DNA from: Podarcis vaucheri | Taxonomy: Eukaryota | Reading direction: 5' to 3' (one strand) | DNA: 64,000 nucleotides | Assembly (NCBI GenBank): GCA_965113315.1 | Contig: OZ220363.1 | Shown: in pieces, positions 12,201 to 22,511 of the stretch | Position numbering within the stretch: the stretch's first letter is position 1 | Layout: every line of letters begins with the position of its first letter | Notes under the pieces: generated by a model | The model's input: the letters and a program-made list of their open reading frames with translations, nothing else | What the model was told of the DNA's origin: nothing | Databases searched by the model: none | Position numbers and translations under genes: made by a program

Positions 12201-15200
12201 TAGTTTTGGATGTGGAACTACAGGTGCCCAGTTTAGATAAGTGGCAGTATTGTCCCTAGCCTTTCCCAAACACTACTGATGAAGTGTAGTAAGTAATCTT
12301 CTATAACCTGGTAAGTCTTCTTGTGACCAAAGTTTCAAGCTTTTTTCCCCCGGTTAAGTACACCCCATTACGGGGACGCGGGTGGCGCTGTGGGTTAAAC
12401 CACCGAGCCTAGGACTTCCCGATCAGAAGGTCGGTGGTTTGAATCCCTGCGACGGGGTGAGCTCCCGTTGCTCGGTCCCAGCTCCTGCCAACCTAGCAGT
12501 TTGAAAGCACACCAGTGCAAGTAGATAAATAGGTACCGCTCCGGTGGGAAGGTAAACGGCATTTCCGTGCGCTGCTCTGGTTCGCCAGAAGCGGCTTAGT
12601 CATTCTGGCCACATGACCTGGAAGCTGTACGCCGGCTCCCTCAGCCAATAAAGCGAGATGAGCGCCGCAACCCCAGAGTCGGCCACGACTGGACCTAATG
12701 GTCAGGGGTCCCTTTACCTTTACATCCCGTTACCATGTTAAGTGCTCCTGGAGTTACATTTTCTCGCCATTTCCAAAGACTACAAGCACTCTGCCCAAAA
12801 TAGCCATGGACCAGAGTTCATTGCAATGTAATAGCCGGATTTAATTCTCAAATTAAGCACCTTTACACATGATTGATTTTATATGAACGCCTTCTGATTT
12901 GAGATGCCACAACTATCTTAACTGCAGCAAGATCTTCTGAAGCTTGGGGATTTTGGTTCCTGCAGAAGTATACACTCCAAGCAGCCTTATACAGAGTACA
13001 TCTCTACGCGCTGGTACAGGGCACCTGAATGTCTTCTCACAGATGGGTACTACAGTTATAAAATGGACATGTGGAGTGCTGGCTGTGTGTTCTATGAAAT
13101 TGCAAGGTACGTTATCTTAAAGGAATTGGTAGTTTGACTTGAGAGCAGGGCCGGCCCAGCCATGAGGTGTGCTGAGGCAGCCGCCTTAGGCAGTGGAACA
13201 CCATGAGGTGGCACCCCTGCCTGCCCCGTCATTAGTAGAGAAGCAATGGTGGCGGCTTCCTGCCACCGCTTCGCGACCCAGGTAACAGAGGCACTGGCAG
13301 TGGGGCAGTACCTTCCTATTTTGCCTCGGGCGGCAAAACGGGACACACTGCCCTTGACTTAGAATGAAATTCACATTAAGGGTAGGATTCTGTAGATGGC
13401 ATGAAGTGTTCACAATTGTGTCATGGAAACAATTTCAGATACTGTGAAAAGCTGGACAACAACAGATAAAGCTCAGTGGGAAAGCACATGCTTTTGCGTG
13501 GAGAACGTTTTAGATTTAGTCTTTGGCCTTGCTAGTAAATATATACTTGAGTCTTCACTGGGGGGGGGGGTTGGCTTTGAGGGGGATGGCAGAACCCCCA
13601 GAACAGCACATGGGGAGGGAGAGAGGATTGTTCTGTCTGGCAAGCTGCATTGCTTGCGCAGATGGAATGTTTGCAGTAGCACAGTGCTGAATTCCACCTG
13701 TAATCTCCTCAATAGTTGGTGCAGGGGTCAAATACTACCAACACCTGTGCCACAATTTAAGACTGGACAGTTTTCCTCACAAGGAGAAAACCCTCAACCC
13801 TGGCAGTTTAATTTCCCACACTGCCCAACCAATTCCCCTTTTTCTGTTTCTAGTTTCCACCCACTCTTTCCTGGATCTAATGAACTGGACCAAATATCAA
13901 AAATCCATGATATTGTAGGTACTCCTCCCAAGAAGATTCTTAATAAGTTCAAGCAGTAAGTACATTTTGAATTCTGGGATTTAATAGTGCATTCTCTCTG
14001 TGATCGAACCTGTACAAATAAATGTCTTAATTTAGAGGAGAATGCTCACACATCATGTCAAGGAAGCTGTTTAATAGTCCATAGCTAAAACAGTGTAGAC
14101 TAACAATTCAGTGTAACCTGAGGCTACTTCATCAGTTGTGAGCTGAGGTCACACTCCAAATAATGGCATCTTGTGAATTGATTAGATCGCTCGCTGTCTA
14201 CTTTTCCATTCAAAAACAAGTTAGATCTCTGTTTCAGAGTGTTAAGTGGTACAGAAATACCAGCTTCAGGCTCCAAGCACAGAGCAGATCCAGCAGAGGG
14301 ACATGCATTTATCCCTTTGCCTCCCCAGAGATCCCACCCCTATGCCACAAGTCACACATGCTTCTACTCCAGCATTGTGGTATTTTAAACTGTGATCAGT
14401 GAATACCTCCTCAAGCACAGGAAGACCCTGATAGCTGCTGTTTACTTAATGGCCAAGATGGTGAGTCAGGAAGTCACCTCTGCCATGACCTCGCCAGGTG
14501 CCCTGAGGCAAGCTACTGTCTTCTCAACCTCATTCCTCTATAACATGGGAATAACGTGGATCATTAATGTATGAGAAGTCCTTTGAACACTCAACAATGC
14601 TACGTATATGTTAAGTAGGCTATGGGTTGCAAAGCACCGCTGAAGACGGCCCGGTAGCCAGATCTCTGACAAAGTGTTATATGCTGACAAAGTCTCACTA
14701 TTGTCAGTAATTGTGCTGCAGCAACTCTGCACAAACTTTAGCTTCTAGATCATATGCGAGGGAAGCTCCACCTAGAGCACACTGCAGCAATCCAGTCTTC
14801 AGTTTGTGAACTGCCGTGGCCAGGTTTTTCTGGTCCAAGAATGGCTGTAGCAGTCAAAGCAATTGCCGTTGGTAAAAGGCACTTCTAAGCTGCTGAGGCT
14901 TCCAGTGACAGAGCTGGAGCCAAAAGCACAAACAAACTGAACCTACTGCTTCTGGGTAGGCAAATCGAAGGTCAGACAAAGAGCAAAATGTGTATTTAGC
15001 CTTCAAGATTTTCTACGTCAGCTTTATCTCTTTGGCATCCCTGCCCCATCCTCCCCAGTAAGGCTGACATTAATAGCCTCCTGACAGGAATGTGTTTCCT
15101 TTCACTGGATTAATGCAGGTCACGAGTGATGAGCTTTGATTTTCCCATCAGAAAAGGGAAAGGAATCTCTCCATTTATGCCTAGCTTGTCAAACAAGAGC

Positions 15201-18156
15201 CTAACTCTTATGTATGCAATGATACAATATGATCCTGACGAGAGGATCTGTGCCCATGAAGCCCTGCAGCACCCTTACTTCAGAGAATTAAGGTAAGTAA
15301 ACTTTCAGTGTCTCTTGAACTGAGCAATAAATGTGGAGTTGCTGGTGTCTCCAGCTTCTTAATCCCAGACTTAAAACCAGGGAGTGAGGTCCACCATTGC
15401 AACATAATAATAATATAATAATAATTTATTATTTGTACCCCGCCCATCTGGCTGGGTTTCCCCAGCCACTCTGGGCGGCTTCCACAGAAACCAAAAAACA
15501 CTAAAATATCATACATTAAAAGCTTCCCTGAATAGGGCCGCCTTAAGATGTCTTCTGAATGTCAGGTAGTTGTCCATCACCTTGACATCCGATGGGAGGG
15601 CATTCCACAGGGCGGGCGCCACCACCGAAAAGGCCCTCTGCCTGGTTCCCTGTAGCGTTGCTTCTCGCAATGAGGGAACTGCCAGAAGGCCCTCAGCACT
15701 GGACCTCAGTGTCCGGGCAGAACGATGGGGGTGGAGACGCTCCTTCAGGTATACTGGGCCGAAGCCGTTTAGGGCTTTAAAGGTCAACACCAGCACTTTG
15801 AATTGTGCTCGGAAACAGTGCATGAACAGGACTTCCCTTCCTCTCACAACCTCATTAATCCTCCCAAACTGCTCCAGAGAGGCCCTTGGCTAGCTACAGC
15901 AGACCACAGGGGCAGGTGGGGGGCTGCGAGGAAGGGAAAGTCCCACTGGTGCAAACACAACTCAACACTGGATATCACCCAGAGGACTTAAATTACATCT
16001 ATAGCATCCAAGCTTAAATATTGACCTTCTTCTCTAGGTTTGGGTACTTAACAGCTGCGTTTTAAATTACTGTTTAGTACGGCTGAAAAACGGGAGTGGC
16101 TATGTTGGCTCGACTCTCTAGTTGACACAAACGAATTTTGAGTTTCATAGGTGGGATTTTGTCTGGCTCTGTGCTGAACAGGTTGGCAGAGAAACAAGCT
16201 TTGACCATACGCAGAAGAATGAGATTAGCAGAAAACCCATTAGAAAGGGAGACTCTCAGCTTGCGCCGTATTTCAAAGGAGGATCAAAGGCAGGTAATCT
16301 TTAAATCAATGAATAAGTAATAAACCTAATTAAGTAATGTCATTTTAAAATTGCCAACAGAATAGCCCTGTGTCAAATGTGATGATATGATGAATAGTGT
16401 CCAATAGGCAAAACGTATTTTAGGATTTTTGTCTCAAAAGGATCCAAGGCTGTATGGATTTCTGATCTAAACAAACAATGTCCATCTAAGCAAGACAGGT
16501 AGCTTTAGAGAGGGCTTTGCATACATACTGCATTGCAAATAAGCTCCCAAAAGCTACTACCCTGCAAAAATATTTACTAGCTTGTTGGTGGCTGCGGGAA
16601 GAGGGCTCTATCCCTCTTGCAGGAACCTGCTCCATTTATATGGAATTGCAGGGAGGCTTCCTGGCAGCCTGTTTAGTTTCTAGCTTGGGAGTGGATGGGG
16701 GAAATGTTCTGTCCCTTCTCTACAAGCCTGTTCATCTGCCTGCATGGAATTTCTTGTTGCCAGTCACTACCAGGCTAATGTCAGGGTGCTGAATATTATG
16801 ATTTACAGCTTGGAGGAGCATACAGTATAGCATTTGGCGCTCAGAAAACTTTTAGTGACCTTATGAAGATGCACATGTAATTATGCTGAAACAGGTTATT
16901 TACACATCTTTTCTCGAGATGTTCTGTGAGCATGACTGCTGTTGCATCCAGGCTTATTAAATCATCCCTGCAAATTGTACATTAATTATAGAACTATGAA
17001 ATCGGAAGAATCTGGCTGAACCAGATGCAAGTTGTCACTTGAGCTATCAGTATCTCATTTGCCAGCACCCAAACAAGATTCTATGCTGACCAAACTGAAA
17101 TCCAAGCAGGGAAAAGAGGGTCACTTATTCTTATAAAGCTTTTCCAGGATCTATTGGATCACTTGTGCAAGGGGAGGGGGCAGGATGAAATGTGCCCGAT
17201 CTTACCTTTTGAAACCACTACGCTTAGCTTTCCTCCCACCATGGAATTCTGAAGGCACCAGGTTTAAGTTGACAACACCTTCCCTATCAGATCTAACCAT
17301 TGTTTTGTCTTATTTAGAAGGTATTCCAATAGCTGTTCTAGGGAGCAGTTTTAGAAATTAGAAATAAATCTCATGCTACTAACAGAGCAAGTTTAATCAA
17401 GCCTTAGCTTGTGGCACAGTTGAAATTATTGGTTCTCTTAAAATTAGAGCAGCAAAAAATCTATTTTCCTGGTAAGTATCCACCTTCCAATATGCTCCAG
17501 CTTTTCTCCAGTAGCGTTTGGATACCAGTATTGGTGTAATTACCATTATCGACATTTGCGCCTACACTAATCTTAATACCTTTAAAGTGCATCCATCTAT
17601 GTGTTTCTTTCTGAAGGTGTGATCACAGAAAACAAGCAGCACTACTCGGGAAGAACCATTTTGGTTGTAAGTTTGTATACATGCTTAGACCATCACAGCA
17701 GCAATGTCAACCAGACCAACACTTAACATTTAGCCTACACGAAACATACTGATTTCAAAAAAAAATTGAACTTTTATTTTTATTTTAAAAGAACTTTCTT
17801 AGGAGAGCCCAGGAGAATCCACTGGGACGTCGTGGTTTTCCCTATACGGTGGAGTTGCCCAAACTGGCTGTTCCTGAAGTAACCAACTTGACTTCTTACC
17901 CTAATCCTCCATTTCAGTCAGTTTTTCCTCTCCCAGCAACCAACGGGCAAGTCCAAGTGTTGCAGCCCATAACATATTTTGGGACACACTGCAAGGTAAT
18001 TCTGCCTTGCTTATCAGATTGTACAATTTTAGACAAGTAATTAACAGCCCATTTTAACTTGTGTTGTCTCACCAACAGTCTGAAAGACAGAAGGAATTTA
18101 AATCTCCTGTGAAACACTACCACTTGCCTGCTCTGGGAAGAAGAGGTGGTTACTGA
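196..18156 (+). CDS. MOK: MAPK/MAK/MRK overlapping kinase (MOK/RAGE1), 12 coding exons, 419 aa
   Basis: join(196-202,4319-4433,5231-5320,6399-6469,11021-11099,11894-11942,12928-13106,13854-13955,15119-15292,16182-16293,17792-17995,18079-18156) = 1260 nt, open frame, all GT-AG with matching phases. Kinase motifs [23 protein letters not shown] activation loop ([15 protein letters not shown]). Protein recognisable as MOK end to end; adjacent to WDR20 as in mammals. Confidence 0.97.
1112..1429. mobile_element. Non-autonomous hAT-type DNA transposon
   Basis: TIRs CAGAGTTTTCCAAA / TTTGGAAAACTCTG; 8-bp TSD ggttagag/cgttagag; hosts a nested element. Confidence 0.8.
1192..1310. mobile_element. Small hAT (Blackjack/Tip100-like) MITE nested in 1112-1429
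   Basis: TIRs GGTTACCAGA / TCTGGTAACC; ttttact duplicated on both sides. Confidence 0.7.
1499..1595. mobile_element. Hairpin hAT MITE
   Basis: Inverted arms cttcctcaac..ccctccagatgtttt / aaaacatctggaggg..gttgaggaag; TSD ggctaggt/ggctagat. Confidence 0.8.
1714..1849. mobile_element. Hairpin hAT MITE, young copy
   Basis: About 58-bp inverted arms caggcatccccaaact...catcatccct; TSD aattagta/aattagga. Degenerate relatives near 2083-2288, 2620-2735, 6575-6735, 10070-10170, 28130-28210, 29650-29770, 32750-32890, 33476-33601, 46975-47010. Confidence 0.88.
2973..3318. mobile_element. Tc1/mariner (Tigger/pogo-like) MITE, family A copy 1
   Basis: TA|CAGTGGTGCCCCGCAAGACGAA...TTCGTCTTGCGAGGCACCACTG|TA; internal GCAAGACG repeats and (AAGCCGCT)n. 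Confidence 0.9.
4319..4433 (+). CDS. MOK: MOK exon 2
   Basis: ctttttag|...[37 protein letters not shown]...|gtaggt. Confidence 0.96.
4741..4909. mobile_element. Tc1/mariner (Tc2-like) MITE, family B copy 1
   Basis: TA|CCGTATTTTT...AAAAATACGG|TA, 169 bp; near-identical inverted copy at 19059-19227. Confidence 0.88.
5231..5320 (+). CDS. MOK: MOK exon 3
   Basis: gaag|...[29 protein letters not shown]...|gtaagt. Confidence 0.96.
5798..6140. mobile_element. Tigger-like MITE
   Basis: TA|CAGGCAACTCCCAATTTACA...TGTAAATGGGGAGTTGCCCA|TA. Confidence 0.75.
6399..6469 (+). CDS. MOK: MOK exon 4
   Basis: ctcttcag|...[23 protein letters not shown]...|gtatgt. Confidence 0.96.
7227..7629. mobile_element. 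CpG-rich hAT-like non-autonomous element
   Basis: CpG-rich island within an intron, degenerate termini CAGGGGCG.../...TGCCACTG, subterminal cacccgggg repeats; TSD weak. Confidence 0.55.
9448..9678. mobile_element. Tigger-like MITE
   Basis: TA|aAGTGGTACCTCTGGTTA...TAACCTGAGCTAGCACTG|TA; internal TAACCTGAAG repeats. Confidence 0.75.
11021..11099 (+). CDS. MOK: MOK exon 5
   Basis: cctctag|...[25 protein letters not shown]...|gtaagg. Confidence 0.96.
11894..11942 (+). CDS. MOK: MOK exon 6 (catalytic loop)
   Basis: cttgcag|...[16 protein letters not shown]|gtaagc. Confidence 0.97.
12372..12723 (+). mobile_element. Sauria SINE (Squam1), full length
   Basis: tRNA-like head (GGTGGCGCTGTGGGTTAA box A; GGTTTGAATCC box B), Sauria body, (ACCTTT)n tail; degenerate TSD acaccccattac/acatcccgttac. 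Confidence 0.9.
12928..13106 (+). CDS. MOK: MOK exon 7 (DFG, TEY, APE)
   Basis: ctgcag|[59 protein letters not shown]...|gtacgt. Confidence 0.97.
13146..13356. mobile_element. Degenerate hAT-like MITE
   Basis: Starts CAGGGCCGGC, has gccgccttaggc / gcctcgggcggc subterminal motifs; ends uncertain. Confidence 0.45.
13854..13955 (+). CDS. MOK: MOK exon 8
   Basis: tttctag|...[33 protein letters not shown]...|gtaagt. Confidence 0.96.
14720..14940 (-). mobile_element. Old L2 LINE ORF2 fragment
   Basis: Minus strand reads a disrupted AFYQ...[15 protein letters not shown]..., resembling L2 ORF2 downstream of the RT domain. Confidence 0.55.
15119..15292 (+). CDS. MOK: MOK exon 9
   Basis: tgcag|...[57 protein letters not shown]...|gtaagt. 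Confidence 0.96.
15404..15816 (-). mobile_element. L2 LINE 3' end, 5'-truncated
   Basis: ORF 15509-15847: [45 protein letters not shown] (L2 ORF2 C-terminus); 3' hairpin UTR and (ATT)n tail. Confidence 0.9.
16182..16293 (+). CDS. MOK: MOK exon 10
   Basis: gaacag|...[37 protein letters not shown]|gtaatc. Confidence 0.9.
17792..17995 (+). CDS. MOK: MOK exon 11
   Basis: ttttaaaag|[68 protein letters not shown]|gtaatt. Acceptor chosen to keep frame; the nearby AG at 17802 is out of frame. Confidence 0.88.
18079..18156 (+). CDS. MOK: MOK exon 12 (last coding)
   Basis: caacag|[25 protein letters not shown]; follows an 83-nt intron. Confidence 0.9.
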   Translation, partial: SERQKEFKSPVKHYHLPALGRRGGY

Positions 18157-18937
18157 CGGACTAAGAATCCCTTGTGCTCACCAATACTTTTGAAAGGTAC
18201 ACTAACAGCAATAGTGCCTTATCTTCTCAAATGCTGCAGCAAGATGCTACAATATTATTATTTTTGTGCTTAACTTTTAAAAAAAGGAAAAGGAGCCTTT
18301 CTACGTGAGCACCGTTTTCATAACTCAGTCTGCACTTCATTTTTTTAAAGCTCCCGATGTACAATTTTATTTCTTCTTAAGTGGGTCGTACATTTGTTCC
18401 AATTGTGCTGCTCTGGTAGGAATGGAATTGTTACTACTTTTATATTAAATACGATACAGTACTTCTTATTTAAGATGTGTTGAAACTGAATTTGTGTATT
18501 TTTGTAAATGTGACTGTGGAGATATAGATTGAAGCAGCGGGGAAGGTGTTTGGTAGTTTCAAAACCCGAGTCTACTTAGTGTCTTCTGGAGTATGTTACA
18601 TCTGATTTGAGTGCAATCTTGTGTAAAGATTTATTTTCCAAATTATGTAAATGGGCAGATTTTCTCTGCATGCGTCGTTCGTAAGATCAAGTTAGTCTTG
18701 CTGTTGCTCTCCCAACATATTCCTGTAGCACGGAAGCTTAAACAGCATGGGCATGCTTTATCAGTTAAAATACGATTTGTCACATGCTCAATACAATTTC
18801 ACTTCAAAGAACACATTGTGCATTTGTGCTAGAAGAGCCAATAATATCTGAAAGTATATTTTGTGGGGGAGGGGCCTTGTATCTGCCAGGGACAAGAAGA
18901 TTCTTAAGTCGCTTTCAGAATGACCGTTTAAATGAAA

Positions 18938-18960
18938 AATAAAAATGCCGTTTTATTAAA
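18938..18960 (+). terminator. Probable MOK polyadenylation signals
   Basis: AATAAA 18938-18943 and ATTAAA 18955-18960; an earlier ATTAAA at 18444-18449 is an alternative. Confidence 0.5.
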
Positions 18961-19058
18961 ATACAGGGTTTTGAAATGGTACTCTCAAGGTTTGTTATAT
19001 TCTACCCTTTTGAAATGAAATCCACTTCTATAACAACCTCTCTCTAACAAGGAAAGTA

Positions 19059-19227
19059 CCGTATTTTTTGCACCATAACACTCACTTTTTTCCTCCTAGA
19101 GAGTAAGGGGAAATGTCTGTGCGTGTTATGGAGGAAATGCCTATGGGTGGCATGCCTACGGATTTTCCTCTTCTAAAAACTATGTGCGTGTTATGGTCGG
19201 GTGCGTGTTATAGAGCGAAAAATACGG
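19059..19227. mobile_element. Tc2-like MITE, family B copy 2 (inverted relative to copy 1)
   Basis: TA|CCGTATTTTTT...AAAAATACGG|TA, 169 bp. Confidence 0.88.
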
Positions 19228-20101
19228 TAGTTTGTGTATTACTGGTACAACTAATTGTATAAATAAATTTATGACCATCATCCAAAGCATCAGATTCCCC
19301 AAAATATAGAGGTGAAAACCTATCCTAGAAGGGAGGTCAATGATACAATGGGGGGGGGGGTTAATCAGTAATGCTAGTGGATAGGTAGATAGTACAAAAA
19401 TAAGTGAGACCTGACCTTACCTTAAATATGAAAGTTGTACAGTAATTGGATTTTTCCTCCAAAAAAGCCACAGATGTATTCAAGGGAAGCATGAACCAGA
19501 ACATAGCCATGTAGTTTCTATACTGCTAAAACGTTGCATTTCTTCCATGTATGAGGGCAACAACTCTTTAACAATATTGCAGTTTCATCTAAGTACCTAT
19601 TGCATAGCAAAAGCCTCCGGTCTTGCTACCAGCACAAGTGAAAAGCATCTTCAAGCATCTTCAAGCACAAGCATTTCTCTGGTGTATTGACTTCATTCAG
19701 ATCCAGAAAGTTAAGTGCAAATTCATGGAGCAAGTTCCTATTTTTTTAAAAAAATTACAGACATCCACTGTTGGGGGAAGTGCAGTATGCGCCAAACAGC
19801 AAAGGATCCTAAATACTGTGCTGATTAGATTACATGCCAAATTCATGAAAGGCTATTAATCTCAGTACCTCCCGCCCACACTGATTTTTGCATGGCATCA
19901 TAAACTGGTCCTGGGATTTATCCCATTCCACCCCACTTCTGAGGTGGACTTACCTGGCTGGTGCTTTTCGGAAGAGTAGAGGCAGCTCAGAAGACGTGCT
20001 GCTTCTAGGTACCCATTGGCAAGTAAGTTAAGAGTGCAGTGCAGACACATTCTCTACACATCAGTCCTGGCATGCTTTCTTCCTGCATCATCAAGGTAAT
20101 A

Positions 20102-20430
20102 CAGTGGTGCCTCGCAAGGCGAAATTAATTCGTTCCGCGAGTTTTTTCGTCAAGCGAATTTTTCGTCTTGTGAAGCACGGTGTCGGAAAAGTTTTGGAAA
20201 AGCTTCAAAAATCACCAAAAACCTCAAAAAGGCTACCACACCGCGCTCTATCCTCAAAGTCAAGTCGCAACTGTATTAACGGTGTTAAGAAAAAGGAAAC
20301 AAACTTGCAAAAAACGCAAGACGTTTTCGTCTTGCGAAGCAAGCCCATAGGGAAATTCGTCTTGTGAAGCAGCTCAAAAACCGCAAAACCCTTTCGTCTA
20401 GCGAGTTTTTCGTCTTGCGGGGCACCACTG
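20102..20430. mobile_element. Family A MITE copy 2 (opposite orientation, different core)
   Basis: TA|CAGTGGTGCCTCGCAAGGCGAA...TTCGTCTTGCGGGGCACCACTG|TA. Confidence 0.9.
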
Positions 20431-21033
20431 TATAACATAAGTAGCCTTGGGGGAGGGGGTCACACCAGAACCCTTGAAAGGCACAAAAGGTAGCCAAGGA
20501 CTGGATTGTTCTGTTGTTTTAGTGTTTACATGCAAGTGGGAAATGTCAGGTTTCAGCTTTGAAATCAACGCTGGCTCTTTTTCGTTTGAAGTTTGTAACT
20601 CATTTAGCTGATATGGTCTAATTTCACAAGCCAGAGAGGGAGCTGAGTCAAGGGATGGGGCTTCAGAACCCCTCAAAGTTCCTTGACCTGACCCACAACT
20701 AGCAGAAGCGAAATGTCATTCATCCAAAGCAAGCAAAAATACGCAAGCTTGCCCATTTTTTGCTGGTCTCAATTCAGCTTTCTCCGATGAGAGTATATTT
20801 TGTCACAGCTGTTCTATTGAAGCCTACAGAGCTGTCACATGACAACTACCACCAGCTGGGAGGGGCAGAGACTTCTTGCACAGCCCTCTAAGGAAAGAAA
20901 CTTGCAACTGTCAAGCCACATGGGTTTCATGCATTCTGAAGTACAGCTATGCTCCCAACTTCCTCTCCTGCATTTGAACTTGAATCCCGCCATAGAAGTA
21001 ACTTGTTCATTATAGTTCTGCCTCTTCGTGATT

Positions 21034-21128
21034 CAGGCTTTAATCCAAATTCTACTTACCTGGGAGTAAGCCCTATTTAATTCAGTATGAGAGACTTCTG
21101 AGTAGACATGGTTATGAGTGCAGCATTA
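21034..21128. repeat. Short palindromic interspersed repeat (possibly a Harbinger-type MITE)
   Basis: acttacctgggagtaagcc...acttctgagtagacatgg; related inverted copy at about 44378-44445. Confidence 0.45.
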
Positions 21129-21759
21129 GTCACATCGGAGGAGCAGCACTCTGGTGAACAGGTCATGAAGTTACTACTCAAGTGTTTCTTGCTCATATAT
21201 TTAAGTGAAATTGTATACAGATATACTAACCAATGTGGAAGTTATACCAGGTGGGGCTGCCAGTGCAACTCTCCTTGCTACCGGGGCTTTGCAAAGAAAT
21301 GCATATATTTAAAAGGTTAAGACTGCAAATACTTCCCTGTACAAATAAGAGCCTACGCAAGTCATCAGGTAGGGAATCTGTTTTCTTCTTCTTCTTCCCT
21401 TTTCAGACCACCAGAAATGAACAAGAATTACCCTCTTTCAAACTAATTAATACTTGTCTTGATTACATGCCAGAGCAGTCCTTTGGAAAAGCTGAAGGGT
21501 TTCCCCTATTCGTTTACAGCCTGCCATTCCTCCTGAGGGAGCTTAGGGCTCCATGATCCGATTTTGAAACATGCTGTTCAAAAAAGTGATTCGCACCACT
21601 TAGAGAAGCATGGTCTGACAGATTTAGATCTAGATGCAGAGTTTTGAATGTAACAGGCAATATGAGTAGCTAGCTGCCTGCCCACACCCATCCAAATATA
21701 TAAAAAGCTATCTTTGAAGACCAGAGCTTTTAAACACATGAATATGCCTAAATATGTTA

Positions 21760-22064
21760 CAGTGGTGCCTCGCAAGACGGAAAACCCGCTAGACGAAAGG
21801 GTTTTCCGTTTTTGAGCTGCTTCGCAAGACGAATTTCCCTATGGGCTTGCTTCGCAAGACGAAAACGTCTTGCGAGTGTTCCGATTTTTTTCCCCTTCCC
21901 CCCCTTTTTCTAAGCCGCTAATAGCCTTTTAGCCGCTAATCCGCTAATAGCCGCTAAGCCGCTAATAGCGCTAAGCCGCTAATAGGGTTGCTTCGCAAGA
22001 CGAAAAAACCGCTAGACGAAGAGACTCGCGGAACGGATTATTTTCGTCTTGCGAGGCACCACTG
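21760..22064. mobile_element. Family A MITE copy 3
   Basis: TA|CAGTGGTGCCTCGCAAGACG...CGTCTTGCGAGGCACCACTG|TA; very similar to copy 1. Confidence 0.9.
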
Positions 22065-22317
22065 TATGTAGGTTATAACCTTTGTGGACCAGATTTTTTT
22101 TTGGTTTTGTGAGGAGGCGTTAAAACTTGTCATGTTACTAGATATGTTGGGGGGGGGAGACTACTTTTGTCATGTGAGGAAGAAAGATGAAAGGCTCACT
22201 TCCACTCAAAAAGTTAAAAAGGTGAGGTTTTCACTATCAGGAGAATAATACCCAGCTCTCATAGATCCTGGTATCAAGCAGACAGCATTTTCTTCAATGA
22301 ATATTAATAACAAAAGC

Positions 22318-22511
22318 AATAATCTATTACTTATACCCCACCCATCTGGCTGGGTTTCCCCAGCCACTCTGGGCGGCTTCCAACAGGAGATTAAAAATAC
22401 ATTAAAAAACCTCCCTAAACTGGGCTGCCTTCAGGTGTCTTCTAAACGTCATAGTTGTTTATTCCTTTGACATCTGATGGGAGGGTGTTCCACAGGGTGG
22501 GAGCCACTACC
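22318..22511 (-). mobile_element. L2 3'-end fragment
   Basis: Same 3' UTR (cccatctggctgggtttccccagccactctgggcggcttcc) as 15404-15816; smaller tail fragments at about 25383-25425 and 45297-45330. Confidence 0.85.

Noticed and set aside
12912-12927. U12-like branch sequence (TCTTAAC) before MOK exon 7
   Set aside because: Too close to the AG, and the intron donor is GTAAGC (U2 type), not RTATCCTT.
13423-13959. 178-aa ORF
   Set aside because: Intronic open frame running into MOK exon 8; only 13854-13955 resembles a kinase.
16151-16181. Upstream acceptor (catag) for MOK exon 10
   Set aside because: Adds 31 nt and breaks the frame; 16182 keeps the frame.
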